In this document: positions 52,156 through 63,964 of the stretch, one piece after another | Numbering within the stretch: position 1 is the first letter of the stretch | Layout of the letters: each line of letters opens with the position of its first letter | Source of the DNA: Klebsormidium nitens | Lineage: Eukaryota; Plantae; Klebsormidiophyceae | Length of the DNA stretch: 64,000 nucleotides | Assembly (NCBI GenBank): GCA_000708835.1 | Contig: DF237276.1 | Location: 38,195-102,194 of the forward strand | Direction of reading: 5' to 3' | Translations under genes and position numbers: made by a program | The notes under the pieces: generated by a model | The model's database searches: none | What the model was told of the DNA's origin: nothing | The model's input: only the letters and a program-made list of their open reading frames with translations

Positions 52156-55100
52156 ATGATGGAAGTGCCCCCTGTTGGACCTAATGCACGGGGGCAGGGG
52201 CCTCCATATGCACCGCCAGGCTTTAGTTGGGGTGTTGGCTGCAGGTCAACTGTAGATAAGAAAGGGCAGCTTGTCTGGATGGACAGGTACATGTGGCCCC
52301 CAGGGGTGGAGCCAGCCCTGAAGAAAGGGGTTTATCTGGCAAGCAAAGTCCAGGTGGAGGCATGTATCAAGCGGCTGGACCCAGCAGCAGACTTGACGAG
52401 CCTGTGGCAGAAGCATCTGTGGCACATCCCAGCGATATCAAAGACCGTGAGAGGTAAGTTTGTCCACACAAAGGCAGTTTTCCATGTCCACGGCAGCTTG
52501 TGAGTTGGGATCTTTTTCTACCTAAGCTTTTGCATATTTTGTCCACATGCGATTGGTCTGCTGAGCTTGTCTCATCTTCAAATGTCTGAGAATTGTTCTC
52601 TTGACCAGTCCTCGGCAGCTTTGTTGAACTTGAGTACGGATGGATGAGTCTTGAGCTGCCAAGTCACTTGACTAGGGCGCGGTAGTTCAAGTCACGATCC
52701 TATGCATTCCGCTGCTCGATCAACAACCAGCCTAACAACAGCTTAGGGTTGAGGGCTCATTCTGCAAATCTAGAGGTCCATATAGAGACAAAACTCAAAA
52801 ACTCTTCTTCGTAGCTGGCGCCGGCATCTTCATGTTTTGCTCCCGATTATGCACTGCGCAGGGTTTGAGTTTTGTAGCTGCCTTCACTGTCCCGACGCTT
52901 CAGAAGGGATTGAAGTTTATGCTGCTGGTATAGTGCTGCTTGCTTCAAGCTTCCCTTGCAAGCGAAAGGCTGCTTAAGTTGGCTGCCTAAGAGGCCTACA
53001 TTGTAGGTCTTTTGCTTAATCCTTTCAGATGCTATTGGAGATCTGCGTTTCAAGTGCCGTCCTGGCTCACACTAGGCATTTGTGCAGCACTATCCAAGGG
53101 GTCAGTACCGCCATCTGATCCAAGAGCTCAAGGTGGTGCTGAAGCACACGCACCTCCTGCCACCGATGCCTCGACTGCAAGGCCTTCTGTTCCTGAAGCA
53201 GTTCTGGACCAAGCATGTGAGTAATGCGTGATCGCTAACTTGGTAACAATGCTGGAGTCTAGTTGTACGGGAGTCTGAGTTGTTTGTGCTTTGTCAGCGA
53301 CGGTGTCGACAATCTTAGGTGGACCAGACAAGGCAGTCTGACTTGCTTGAGCTTCTGTTCGATCACAACGACTGAGCTTCGTGCGCAGTTTTGTCAGGTG
53401 CTTTAGACCTTCAGTTCATGCTTTTGTCTTTCTTTGCTTTCAGCAACTTCTGCAAGTGCGGGCGCGCAAGCAACCAATGAGAAGCGAAAGCGGGCTGTGC
53501 ACAACTATGCCCAGCTGGATGCAGGTAGGTGAATAGCTCAGAGTGCTTTGGCCTTTTGGACGGCGCTCTTCAAGGGGGGTCTCTCCAGCCCTGTTGCCTT
53601 CCACTGTTAAAGACTGGCTCGATGCTAATATTGATTGGTTCTGCTTGGATTTAGTGCCGCCCTACCCGAAGGCCATAGTAGGAAGCAGATTCTCGACATT
53701 CTTTAAAGGAGCCTGAAATGCTTTTTTTGCTTCCCCCTAGAGGATCGCGGTCCATTCGCGCGGCGCTCTTTCAGGGGGGACTGCACAGTCCTCTGAGGGG
53801 GGCTGCACTCGTTCGTTGCCACCCCCTTGAAGGGAACACGAAGCAGGTTTTGCGCGGAATGGGTTCAACATGACACTTCCTGAGCAATCTCAATTGCAAC
53901 TCACTTACGAGCTAACGAGCAACCGCTGTTCTCATCTGCAGGGGTGAATATTGATGGGTTGTCGCCGGTCAAACCGGAGGCAAGTGGTCACCGGAAACGG
54001 CAGAAAGGACCAGGTGAGGAGCGTCCTGTACTGCGCTGTGTTTTGTCTTGGACCAAACGGGATTTGAGATGTCCTGAAGGACAAGCTTCCAAGGTGGAAT
54101 CTGAAATGCGGTGCTCTTCTTCAGTGCACTCCTTCTTGCCTTTTGGTTCCATGCATTCCTTGCTTGTTCAGACCGCGGCAGAGCAGCTGTAAGGCAACAT
54201 GATCAGGGAAGCTCGCCGCATTTGCTTATCCAAGTACTTTGTTTTGCAGCCCGGGCGAGTTGGGAGACTTCGGAAACAGTGCCCATCGAGGAGGTTTTGT
54301 CCTGGTGGTCGCCTTCCATTGAGCAGCCCATAGTTTCCTCGCTAACATTCCCAAACAAAGGCTGGTACCGTCTTATGCAGAGCGAGTCACCAGGGACTTT
54401 GTTTGTGGGTCAGTGTGTGTTCCTGCGTCCTGAGCAGGAGGATTCTGCTCCTTTCATTCTTCTAATCACTGAGCTCTTTCCTCCAAACCATCCATCGGGA
54501 AAAACGGGGGCAGGGTACTACTTTTGGCGAGCTGAAGACATTCGTGTTTTCTCGGGTGTTACCGATTTTAGTGGTAGCAATGAGGGGAGCGAGGTGTACG
54601 TAACCAAGCATAGAGTAGAATTTGAGGTCGATGAGGTTTCGGACCTTACAGATGTCCAGCCCTTCTTCGTCGGTGAAGACTTGGACGGGCTCTTCTACAA
54701 GGTAAGAGTATTTGTGTAGGACTGCGTCGTGGTATTGCTTCTTGATAACCAGTATTGCTTTCAAGGTTCTGCATTCTGTGTTTGTACCTTTGCCTCAATA
54801 TCTGGATTCTGTTATGACTTCGCGGATTTTCTGCCAGACAAGGTACTCCCCTCAATATCTGGATTCTGTTATGACTTCGCGGATTTTCTGCCAGACAAGG
54901 TACATACCTCGCTGCTGATCATCATATCGTTGTGGATGCAGAGCGTGTGGGATTACGACTCCGGGCTTCTTAAGCATATTGATTTCAACTTGGAGGGGAG
55001 TGCGACGTCGCCGAGTAGTCTCCCCAAGCTCCTTCGACACCTCCATGCCCAGGCCTATAGAAGTAATAGTCAAGCGAGCGAAATGCTTACAGAGTTGGCC

Positions 55101-55517
55101 TTCCACCTCGGCGAGAAGCTACAGAGTTACGTTGCTAACAAAAAGGTCATACGGGATAAGTGGGTTCCTGAGTGCAGTGTTCGGGGCGGCATGCGAGAGG
55201 TTGCTTTGCTGCCTCCCGCCCTGTTAGACTGCACTACTTGGAACCGGAAAAAGGCCTGCATCCAACTCCGGATTGACCAAAAGGAACAGTTGGTCCCGCT
55301 GCTAGGTCAGGATTGGTGGATAAAGTATGCGCAAACCGCACGGGTGGGTGGTGACATGAACTCCTATGAGATCCATCTACCCATAGTTCTAGAGTTGTCA
55401 CCAACTGGGGATATGATGAAGGTTAGGATGCACGGTCTCGAGATGTTCAACCTTGCAGGGGCTAGTCAATGGGACACGCGATGTAACCCGTATGCAATGA
55501 AACGTGTTCCGAAATAA
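52156..55517 (+). CDS. Transposon-borne BAH-domain protein, probably with an N-terminal MBD-like domain
   Basis: Exons 53029-53216, 53444-53524, 53942-54013, 54250-54701 and 54942-55517 join in frame. BAH motif: LFVGQCVFLRPEQEDSAPFILLITELF...GYYFWRAEDI...EVYVTKHRVEFEVDEV...FYK|SVWDYD. An upstream exon 52156-52453 (PPGFSW...R...DRYMWPPG...SKVQVEACI) is probably the 5' end, but I could not resolve its splice path to 53029. Confidence 0.75.
54793..54903. repeat. Perfect 54-bp tandem duplication inside an intron of the BAH gene
   Basis: cctcaatatctggattctgttatgacttcgcggattttctgccagacaaggtac at 54793-54846 and 54850-54903. Confidence 0.9.
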
Positions 55518-56823
55518 TTTTATTTCTGTTTCTTTGGTCGGGGCCAAGCCCCCCATTTGACAATCTGCACCTACTTCCGCCACCAGAAATCCCATGCGGC
55601 ACACATGCTTGAGAATACCCGCTTCGGAGCGGCAACTCATGATGTTCAGAGCACATGCATTACACATGAGAGTTTGATATGCATACATGCACAACCTGGC
55701 AACTTAAAAACTCAAGTCGAATAATATGCTGAATAACTGCTTTGCATGATACTCACGACGCAGCAATGGAGCGGTAAAGCCTCAACCCGGGCGGCCGCGC
55801 ACTTGAGTTAGTCCACAAAACACTGAGTCACAACTTACGTTAATGCATATATGAGGTAAGTTCAATGACTCGGTCACGTTCAGGAAGTCGATCCTCGCTA
55901 GTAATCGAACTGCAAGCCGCCTTAGCTCGATCGCAGTCGATCGTGCGCCGTGGGCCCGATGAGCCGCCCGCCCTGCTGCGCCACATAAATGGTACGAGTC
56001 GCTGCTTACTAGGCACTGCAATCGTCGCCGCGCGAGCATTGTTAGCCCATTGTTAGTAGCTCAAATCGGACGGTTACGTAATTCCATGCCATGATGCCGC
56101 GCGATATGCGCTTGTCGATAAACTGAAATATCTTAATTGCAGCTAGGACTTAAGTAAAGTAGCGCCAGGCTCAATTAGCTGCCTGGCATGGTTGCTCTAA
56201 AGTGTGCTGTATCGACAAGCTAGATTGTGCATGGTTGCAGATGACTGTACCATGCACCTGCAAGCATTATAAGTTCAGTCTTCTACTATGCACGCTAGCT
56301 GGGTTGCAAAATGACAGTACGCATATTCGAATTGCATGAACCGGACGCCGCCAGTGGCGGACCTACACTGCATGGCCCTTATATATTGATGTTGCTAGCA
56401 TTATAGTTGTAACTTTTGCGGCGCAGCAAGACGGTGTAGCTAGTGCACATGCATGATTCAATAAAGTTGGTCTCGCTATCAATACCGACGCTCACCCGGA
56501 AGGCCGTTTTGCATCCAGTCATGCAAGCTTATGCAATATATATATATCAATCACCTTCTTGCAAAAAGAATTAAGGTGCAAATGTCAGATCAAACATGTC
56601 GGCATCACGGGCCCTAACTCGGAGACAACGGCAATTGAGCTGCGGGCCGCCGCACGGGCCACAGCGAATGGGCTTGGGATCGGTGCGCCTAGTCACAGTT
56701 GAAATCGGGCTAGACTTGCAATGACTGGCCAGATCAGATTTATTGCAAATAAATATGTACAAATATACAGTCGCGTGCAATTTTGACTGTCTAATATGCG
56801 CGTGCCTGTCTTCTTAGATTACC

Positions 56824-59800
56824 TTAACCGTCATCATCCGATCCCAGTGCTGCAACTGGATCATGGCAATCCTTGCAGTGCCACTGAGAACTGTCGCTAT
56901 CAAGCTCGACAACTGGAGGTGAGTGGCACAGTCTATGAAACCTACGGAAGCACAAGGAACACTTGAGCAACGTGTTAGTGCTAGCTGCCTCCTCTTGTTG
57001 ACATGTGGCACACGCATTGTGGTTCACGGTCCTAGCGGACTCTGACCTCCGACTTGCCTCTTCCTCCTCCTCGTTGAGGACGGCCTCCAGAAGCTCGTCA
57101 TCGTCATCTATATCTGCCTCGACATCCCGTTGCGAGACGGTCTCAAATGCAGCGAGATTCGCTCTAAGCTGGCTGAACAGATCGGCTAACCACGTTTGAT
57201 CCCAGTAGTGACTTAATCGATAGTACAAAAGCCGGTTTGTCTTCTGCATCACGTACTCCGTGATGTGTTGTTTCTGGAAGACACGCAAAGTCGGGCTTGA
57301 GACTTCCATAGTGGTCCATATGATTGGTTCCCAATATTTCTCTGATTTCTCTCTAATATCTCCAAAGTCGCCAACCATCGAGCGAAATGAAGCGCGACAG
57401 GCAACGGCATCAATTCTGCGCTATAAAGGACAGTGGCACCAATCGAGCAAGACTCTTGTTTGGTTACAACAAGAAGCAAGGCCACTATGGCAAAGCCGCC
57501 ACTTCCTCTTGAAAACCAGTACCCTATATTCAATCAGGACTTTGCCTACCTTCATTTCTTTTCGAGGGCCGTCTTTGTCATAGTGCCATCGGCCGTCCTC
57601 GCCCTTGGACTTCCTCAGGTACGGGTTCCCCGGATTCCCGCCCTGGAAGGTGCCCTCGACGATCTTGTCCTTGTCCAGGTGCTCAGCCTCAACAGCTTCC
57701 TGCATCACGCGGCCAAGACCCCACCGAAGCAGATACTCATAACCTGCAATGACGACACCAGGACCCGTTCAAGAACAGGAGCCCCGGTCGTCCGGATTGG
57801 ACAAAGCAGAGAACACTAGTCGGAGCAATCCTAGCAGTTTCGATGCAGCAGGAGACGAGACGCGGAAAAGCAGATTAGTGCAACATACAAGATACGACTG
57901 ACGTAGCAATTACCGTGACAACAGACTGTGTGGATGTAGTATGCAAAATTTTCGTCCGTGAGACGCAGACGGTGCAGGACGAAAAGCCGGGCAGCATCCG
58001 TTCGAAACTCCTGAATCTGGGATTGGTTTGGATGATACGCCCGCGCTGTCGCAACCATCCGGCGGAAGAGTTGCCAGATCTCCAGAATCTGGTCCTCGCC
58101 GGGCTTCAACAGCAGGGGCAGCCACTCCTCGACCTTGTGCAGGAGGTCCCGAGCCACCTTCCCTTTGCAACTAGGGTCCTTGTATCCTTCCCCGGCGCCC
58201 TGAGGCTTCTTCCTGATAGCGTAGTTGATCTTCAAGGCCTTCCACCTTGCGTTGATCTCGTCGACTTGCGCCCTGCATACAAGAGCAAACGTGTAAGCGA
58301 CTCTAGTATTCATTTGCAAGAGCTTCGCAACCCCAGCTCTGATCAGTAATCTGCTTCGAAACAGACTTCGAGGAGCCTAGAAATTCTGGTCGAGAGCAGC
58401 AAAGTTTAACGAGAACACGAAACGGAGTTTTATCGAGAACGGCCCGCCAGGTTCAAAGAAGGTTCATCCAAAACACCACAAAGACAAAATCGCAAATCAA
58501 CTACCGGACATCTGGTCACTTTCTCCGTACATGGACCGTCATGTTCTGCAGAGGGGTTTTGGAGAAGAAACGAGCTTTGGAGAGTAAAACGGGTCTCCAA
58601 ACCCTGTTGTATTTCCAGATTTTAGATAGGTTCTACATGTGCTCGGAAAATTGCAACGCCCCTTTGCCTTCGGCAGGGGGAGTAAGCAACGGGGCGTGTA
58701 AGATGGCGCGTTCCATCCATTTGTGTGAACGCAGAATGTTTCTTCTTTCCACTGCAGAAGAACAAGGGTCTTCTAATGTGAAAGCTGAACATAGAGAACA
58801 GAGAACATTTAAAACGCTGGTCAGTCTCTCCGTACAGTCCTGGCGCGGTGACTCGGTGACTGAATGAAGTTGCGAAAAAGCATTGCAAGTCGTGTATAAG
58901 AAGAAGTTCCTGTGCAGGAAATGAGATTCCGAAAAGAAAAGGAGTCACTCGACAATTATTCAAGAATTCAGACCCAAACTGCTCACCGTTCTTGAGCACG
59001 TGTGTGCACCCACTTCAGGAAGTTCTCGACCACCCGAGCCGTCATGTGCTCGGAGCAGAACGGAGCATCCTCGTGCTCGACCTTCAGGAACGCGTGCGGG
59101 CACTCGCGGTTCATTGCCCATCTGATGAAGACGCGGATAAACCTGCAAAGGGAGGACAGCAAGTGGTCGTACAGCGTAGCATCAAAGAAACCACCATGGT
59201 AACTTCGCCCCTTAGCTCGGAACCATTCCCCGACCACCACAATGGAGCCGGGACAGCGCACCCCAAGATTGACAGCGTTACAGACCGACCAAATGCTGCA
59301 ACAAGATTAGCGACCACCTCGAACACTGTCGGGGCAGCCCCAGGACGCAGTGTGCGCCCTCTTGAGTCATGGCGCAGACAAAAACAAAGCGGTGCAAAAA
59401 GTCAGAATCTCAAACCACTGTTCCCGACCAACTTCGAGGAGCTTTGGGCTGCCCCGGGTTGAGATTCCCAACCACAAAAGTGCCTTGGTTGACTCTGATA
59501 TCACGCTGGAACGTTATAAAACACTGAAATGTGGAACGACGACAACCCGGAACAGGTCCTGACAGCTTTTAAAAGAGCTTGAGGCTGCTGTATATCAAAA
59601 GGCAGCGTCGGAAACTTGAGTCGCCATCAGCCCGGGGCCAATCCCCGACCAATCTGGGTCGCCCGGGGCTGTACACCATTCCCAGAACACATAACTGACG
59701 GCTCATCGGAGGGTTCAAAAAGCGGGATCACTCACCCCGCTCCAATGGGTTGTTTGTCGTCCGGCAGACTGTCCCTGTCCAGCGAGATCGTGGGAGCCCA

Positions 59801-62776
59801 CTCGACAGTTTGAGGGGGCGGCGGAGGACCACCTTTCTTCTTCCGCTTTGCGGGTGGCTGAACTGGCGGCTCCGGTTGCGCCGGCGCAGGGAGCGGCTTT
59901 TGGAACTTCCTGTATACTAACTCCATGGGGTTGGTTAGAGGCGGATTAATCTCACGCAGGAATTCGGAAGAGTATCGGAGGCGAATCGAAATCTCTTCCA
60001 AGGTTTCCCCCTCCTTGATCTCGTACCGCTCAAATGCTTTTCCGAGGTCCTCCTTGGTGCAATTGCACCGCCCGCAAGGACGAGCATCACGCCCTCCCCG
60101 GCCACCACCCTCTTGGAAGAGGGACCAGTGCATCGACATGTCGCCAGGGATGAGGACCTTGAAGGTCATCTCGACAGCGACCAGCTCCAGAGTCTCGGGG
60201 TCTCTGAGCTTTATCGTAATTGTCTTGCCGTTGTACAGTTCCTGAAGAAGCAAAGCGCCGTGTTAGTGCCCATGAAAGCTGACGGTTTGAAGCACCCAAG
60301 GTGAAATTGCCCGTTCGTGGAGAGCCCCACGAGTCTGCAGGTCGATGGACGGCACCCGGGTCACCTTTTGCTTGGCTTTAGAAAATGTCCAACAAATCTG
60401 GTTGGTTCACTGCCACCACTGTACGCCACTTGATCAACTTGAAGCTTAGCCATTCGCGAACTTGCTATAGTGTATCCCTCATGAGCCTATTTCCGTTTCC
60501 TGTGATTCAACCTCTCATGTGCCATGTGCCAGGGTCCATTAGTTTCTTGAGAACCATCCCAGCAACGCCTAGAACGTTTTAGCACCAACGAAGTGGTAGG
60601 ATTCAAGCTGGCTGTAACAGTGTCTCTGCGACATACCTGAACCTCCTGTAGCGCAGGCTTAAGGTCACCCTCAATGTTCTTCCGGTTGTCCTTGCCCCGT
60701 ATCTCAGCATGTGTGAACACCCATCTCCGGGACTGCCACAGGAACTCCAGGCCGTCCTCCTTGGCAAGGAACACCAAGGTGTTGAAGTCGCGGTGGTTCC
60801 GCGTCCTCGCATCCATTGTCCAGGCAATCTGCAGGCAACAACAAGACCAGGAGTCAAGCCTTGCAGATGCAATACAGCAGACTCCGTTGACTGAAGCTGC
60901 AACCTGACTTCCATGTTCATCCTTGATGGCAAGGTAGTCCATAAATATCAGAACCACCGAAATGCTGGACAGATTGATGACATAGGGGAGTCCGCATAAG
61001 TTGCTTTGAATAGAAGACCGCAAGCACCGAGCCAAAGTGTTGATGTTCTGGAGTACCTTCCCTTTACATGATCGAATGAGATGCACCAGCCTGCAAAAAC
61101 CCCAACACCTTTAAGATCAACAGACTTTGAACCAGCCCCATCCACACGAGCATAAAAGAAGCAACGCCAGCGATGCACTCACCAATATCTTTCCCTTCTT
61201 GGTATCCCAGTTGACCCGCACCGCCTTCCCTGCCTTCTTCATCTCGTCCAACCACAGCGGGAGCACAAGCTCAACCCCTCGTGCAAGCCCAAACTGGTGC
61301 CCATTTCCCCCGGGGGTAGGAGAGATAGGGTTCACTTGCTGCATCACTGCGTTCAGGACCTTCTTCTCCAAGATGATGTCCTTGTTCGGGGGCTTGGAAC
61401 CCAGCGGAAACGCCACAGTCAACTTGTCAGCGCGACTGAAACTGATGTCCCCAACATCCATCATTTTCAGCCACCGCGCAGGGTTCCTCATCCACGCAAC
61501 CACCTCCTTCTCCCCTTCCTCCCGCAACTTCTTACCCACCCGCTCCGGCACAAGCAATTCGGGGTGAGCTGTGATGAGCTTCTTCCCAGACTTCACTGCC
61601 AGCGCCTTCGCCACAGCCTCCAGGGCCCGCTTCTCATCCTCCCGCGGGTTTTCTCCGGTCCCCACCGCGTCCCTGACTTTGGCAAGAGCTCCCACTAGTG
61701 CCTCCCGCACTTTCGTATTCCGGTCATTCTGCGCCCGCCGTGCAGGGTTGAGCACCCGCGCTTTCCGCCGCCTCTTCCCCAACGGCCCAATCGCCGCTAC
61801 TGCCACAGCTCCGCCACGCTCTTGACCGCTTAGCTTCTGAGACAGTCTCGCAATCTCCGCCTTCAACCACACCTTGCTTTTTTCTTGCTTAGTGCGCTGT
61901 GATTGCTTCTCCCTTAGGTCTTTGATCACAGCCTTCTGCGCCCCCCCAGCCTTCCGAACTGCAGTCAGCTCTTTCTTTGCTACTCGGAGCTCCTTGCTCG
62001 CCGTCTCAAACCTTGTATTTATGTCATCCAAGTCGGCCTTGCATCGCCACAACTCGTGCTGGACCTCTGCCAAACGGGCTTTCCCCGTCTCCTCCAATTC
62101 CCCGCACACGCTTTGCCACTTTCCAGCGAGCTCGCTTGCAGCCTCCTTCTCTTTCTGAGCTGCGAACACTTCCTGGCGGGCTGCATCTCTCTCCCTCCTC
62201 AAACCCTCATTCTGAGCCCTGGACTGATTGAGGAACTCGTTTGCAGCCAGCTGCTGCACCCTTCGCAGCAAACCCCCCGACCCAACAGCGCTCACGAGGT
62301 TTCCCAATGACCCATAAGAGAAGAGGCTTGCCACCCTATCCAGGCCCTTGCGATCCCGCTCGCTGACTGAAGCAAAAACCTTGGCAGATCGTGTACCATC
62401 TCCAACCACAGGCTGCAGTAAGACCACTGGAGGACGATCAAGACAAATACCAATAACTTTGCGGAGCAGAACATCGGAGAGATCCTGTGCAGGGGCATCA
62501 TATCAAGCAAGATCTGACTGCGAAGACAACATCACAGAGAGCGCAGATCAGATTTGAATCTACCAGCATATATTTGAGCAAGGACTCTTATCAAAAGAAG
62601 ATGCTATCGCTGTCTGCATGTGTGTTGAGCTGGAGAAAAAGCAGAATCCTCTTCTATGTCAGGGCAGCCACTCAGATTGATACAAAGAATCAGCTCGGAT
62701 AACCTACCATGCTCTCAAGCTCAAACACAATCCCACTGAGCGTCGCAGGTGGTGGCGAGAATGGCGCACGGCAAGG
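56824..62776 (-). CDS. RAG1/Transib-like DDE transposase with N-terminal coiled coil, LysM-like insertion and C-terminal PHD finger
   Basis: Exons 62776-62708, 62412-61183, 60828-60637, 60241-59736, 59142-58987, 58272-57914, 57743-57550 and 57273-56824 all use GT-AG sites in frame (~1050 aa; further 5' exons likely up to ~63.5 kb). Motifs: GKIL|IAWTMDAR (D1, 60811-60813), VLIPGDMSMH (D2, 60140-60142), PCGRC, CSEHMTARVVE, EIWQLF, YYIHTVCCHG|YEYLLRWGLGRVMQEAVEAEH (E, 57688-57690). Confidence 0.85.
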
Positions 62777-63964
62777 CTGCAAAACAGAGGGCAGGGATTC
62801 TTACTATGCATTGAGAGACTAGTGTGACCGTGAGCACAAGGTGCCGCTGAGTTGTGACTTCATATCTGTGCATCAAGGGTATGCACCAAGTTTGCTTTAA
62901 GCCAGCCATTTATGTGCTTCTGCTTGGGGTCCAAGATGTCATTGACATCCTGATCAACACTCAAGTCAAATTCAGCTTCCGCTGGCAACTTGCAAGCGCC
63001 TACTGATCATCTGCTCGTTAGCACTGGACAGAGTCAGCGCATCAAAATAACAGCTCAAATCATGACCGCATACTAAGAGCCGTGCTTTTGGAGGGGCAGC
63101 TGCAACATCATTCATCTAGCAAAGTCCAAGAAAGAGATACTCACCCAAGCGAAAGGGAATGCTGGCTGCACTCCTGCAGTCTGCTGTTGGGGGGGACGGT
63201 TCTCATTACCCCACAGATGAAACCCTCCATTAGGTTCGTGATCACCAAGTCTGGGACGAGGAGCATGCCTTTGAAAGGGTAACGGAAGCCTGGCAATGAG
63301 CGGGTTCGTAGCCCACTGCGGACGGATATCTCTGTCACGCTGAGGCTGGTGAGCATTTTCAGAGGCGGCGCGAAACAGACCCCTGTCCTGAACCATAGGA
63401 CCAGGAAGGGATCCGCTTAGGAGCTGGCTGACAACACCTGACCGGAAATTGTAAGCTGCAAGCAGCCCTCTGCTGCGAAAGAATGCAGGCTTGACGCTGT
63501 GCGTCCAGTCACAAACCCGCGCCAACTAGTTCCCGTCAACTAAATCAGAACCTACGACTTATACGCCACATCAGCTTTAATCTTGGGAGAAAAACCTGGC
63601 CACCAAGCCACCAAGCTCACTTTTAAGATAGCCTGTGCAGTTGGCAGAAGTTGAACGTGCTGGGTATGCCTGCTCTTTTCAGGTCCTGCTCTGGTCCTAC
63701 TAGTGGCATGAAGCTTCGTCTTCACGAAGGGGAAGGAAGGGGGACGCCTGCCTCCTACATGATTCAGTGGAACCAGTCTGCACTCAGTGCACATGAGCGC
63801 GCTCGGCACACGAGTCTGCCTACGTAAGCGAATCGAAGGTTGATATTCTCCAGACCACGTGGTATATTGGGTCCCTACTTCTCATTGGTGGGCTCCACTC
63901 CGTACATTTGACGTGGCACCGGTCGATGACCGGACCCGAATCCTGCGGAGCCCAGCCGAATCAT

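Noticed and set aside
52156-55517. Partner gene as a RAG2 homologue
   Set aside because: No kelch/beta-propeller repeats are visible; the recognisable domains are BAH and possibly MBD.
62880-63460. Further 5' exons of the transposase (e.g. AEFDLSVDQDVNDILDPKQKHINGWLKANL near 62890-62990 and an exon ending at the gtgagt donor near 63143)
   Set aside because: They are plausible, but I could not establish consistent phases or a start codon, so they are not annotated.
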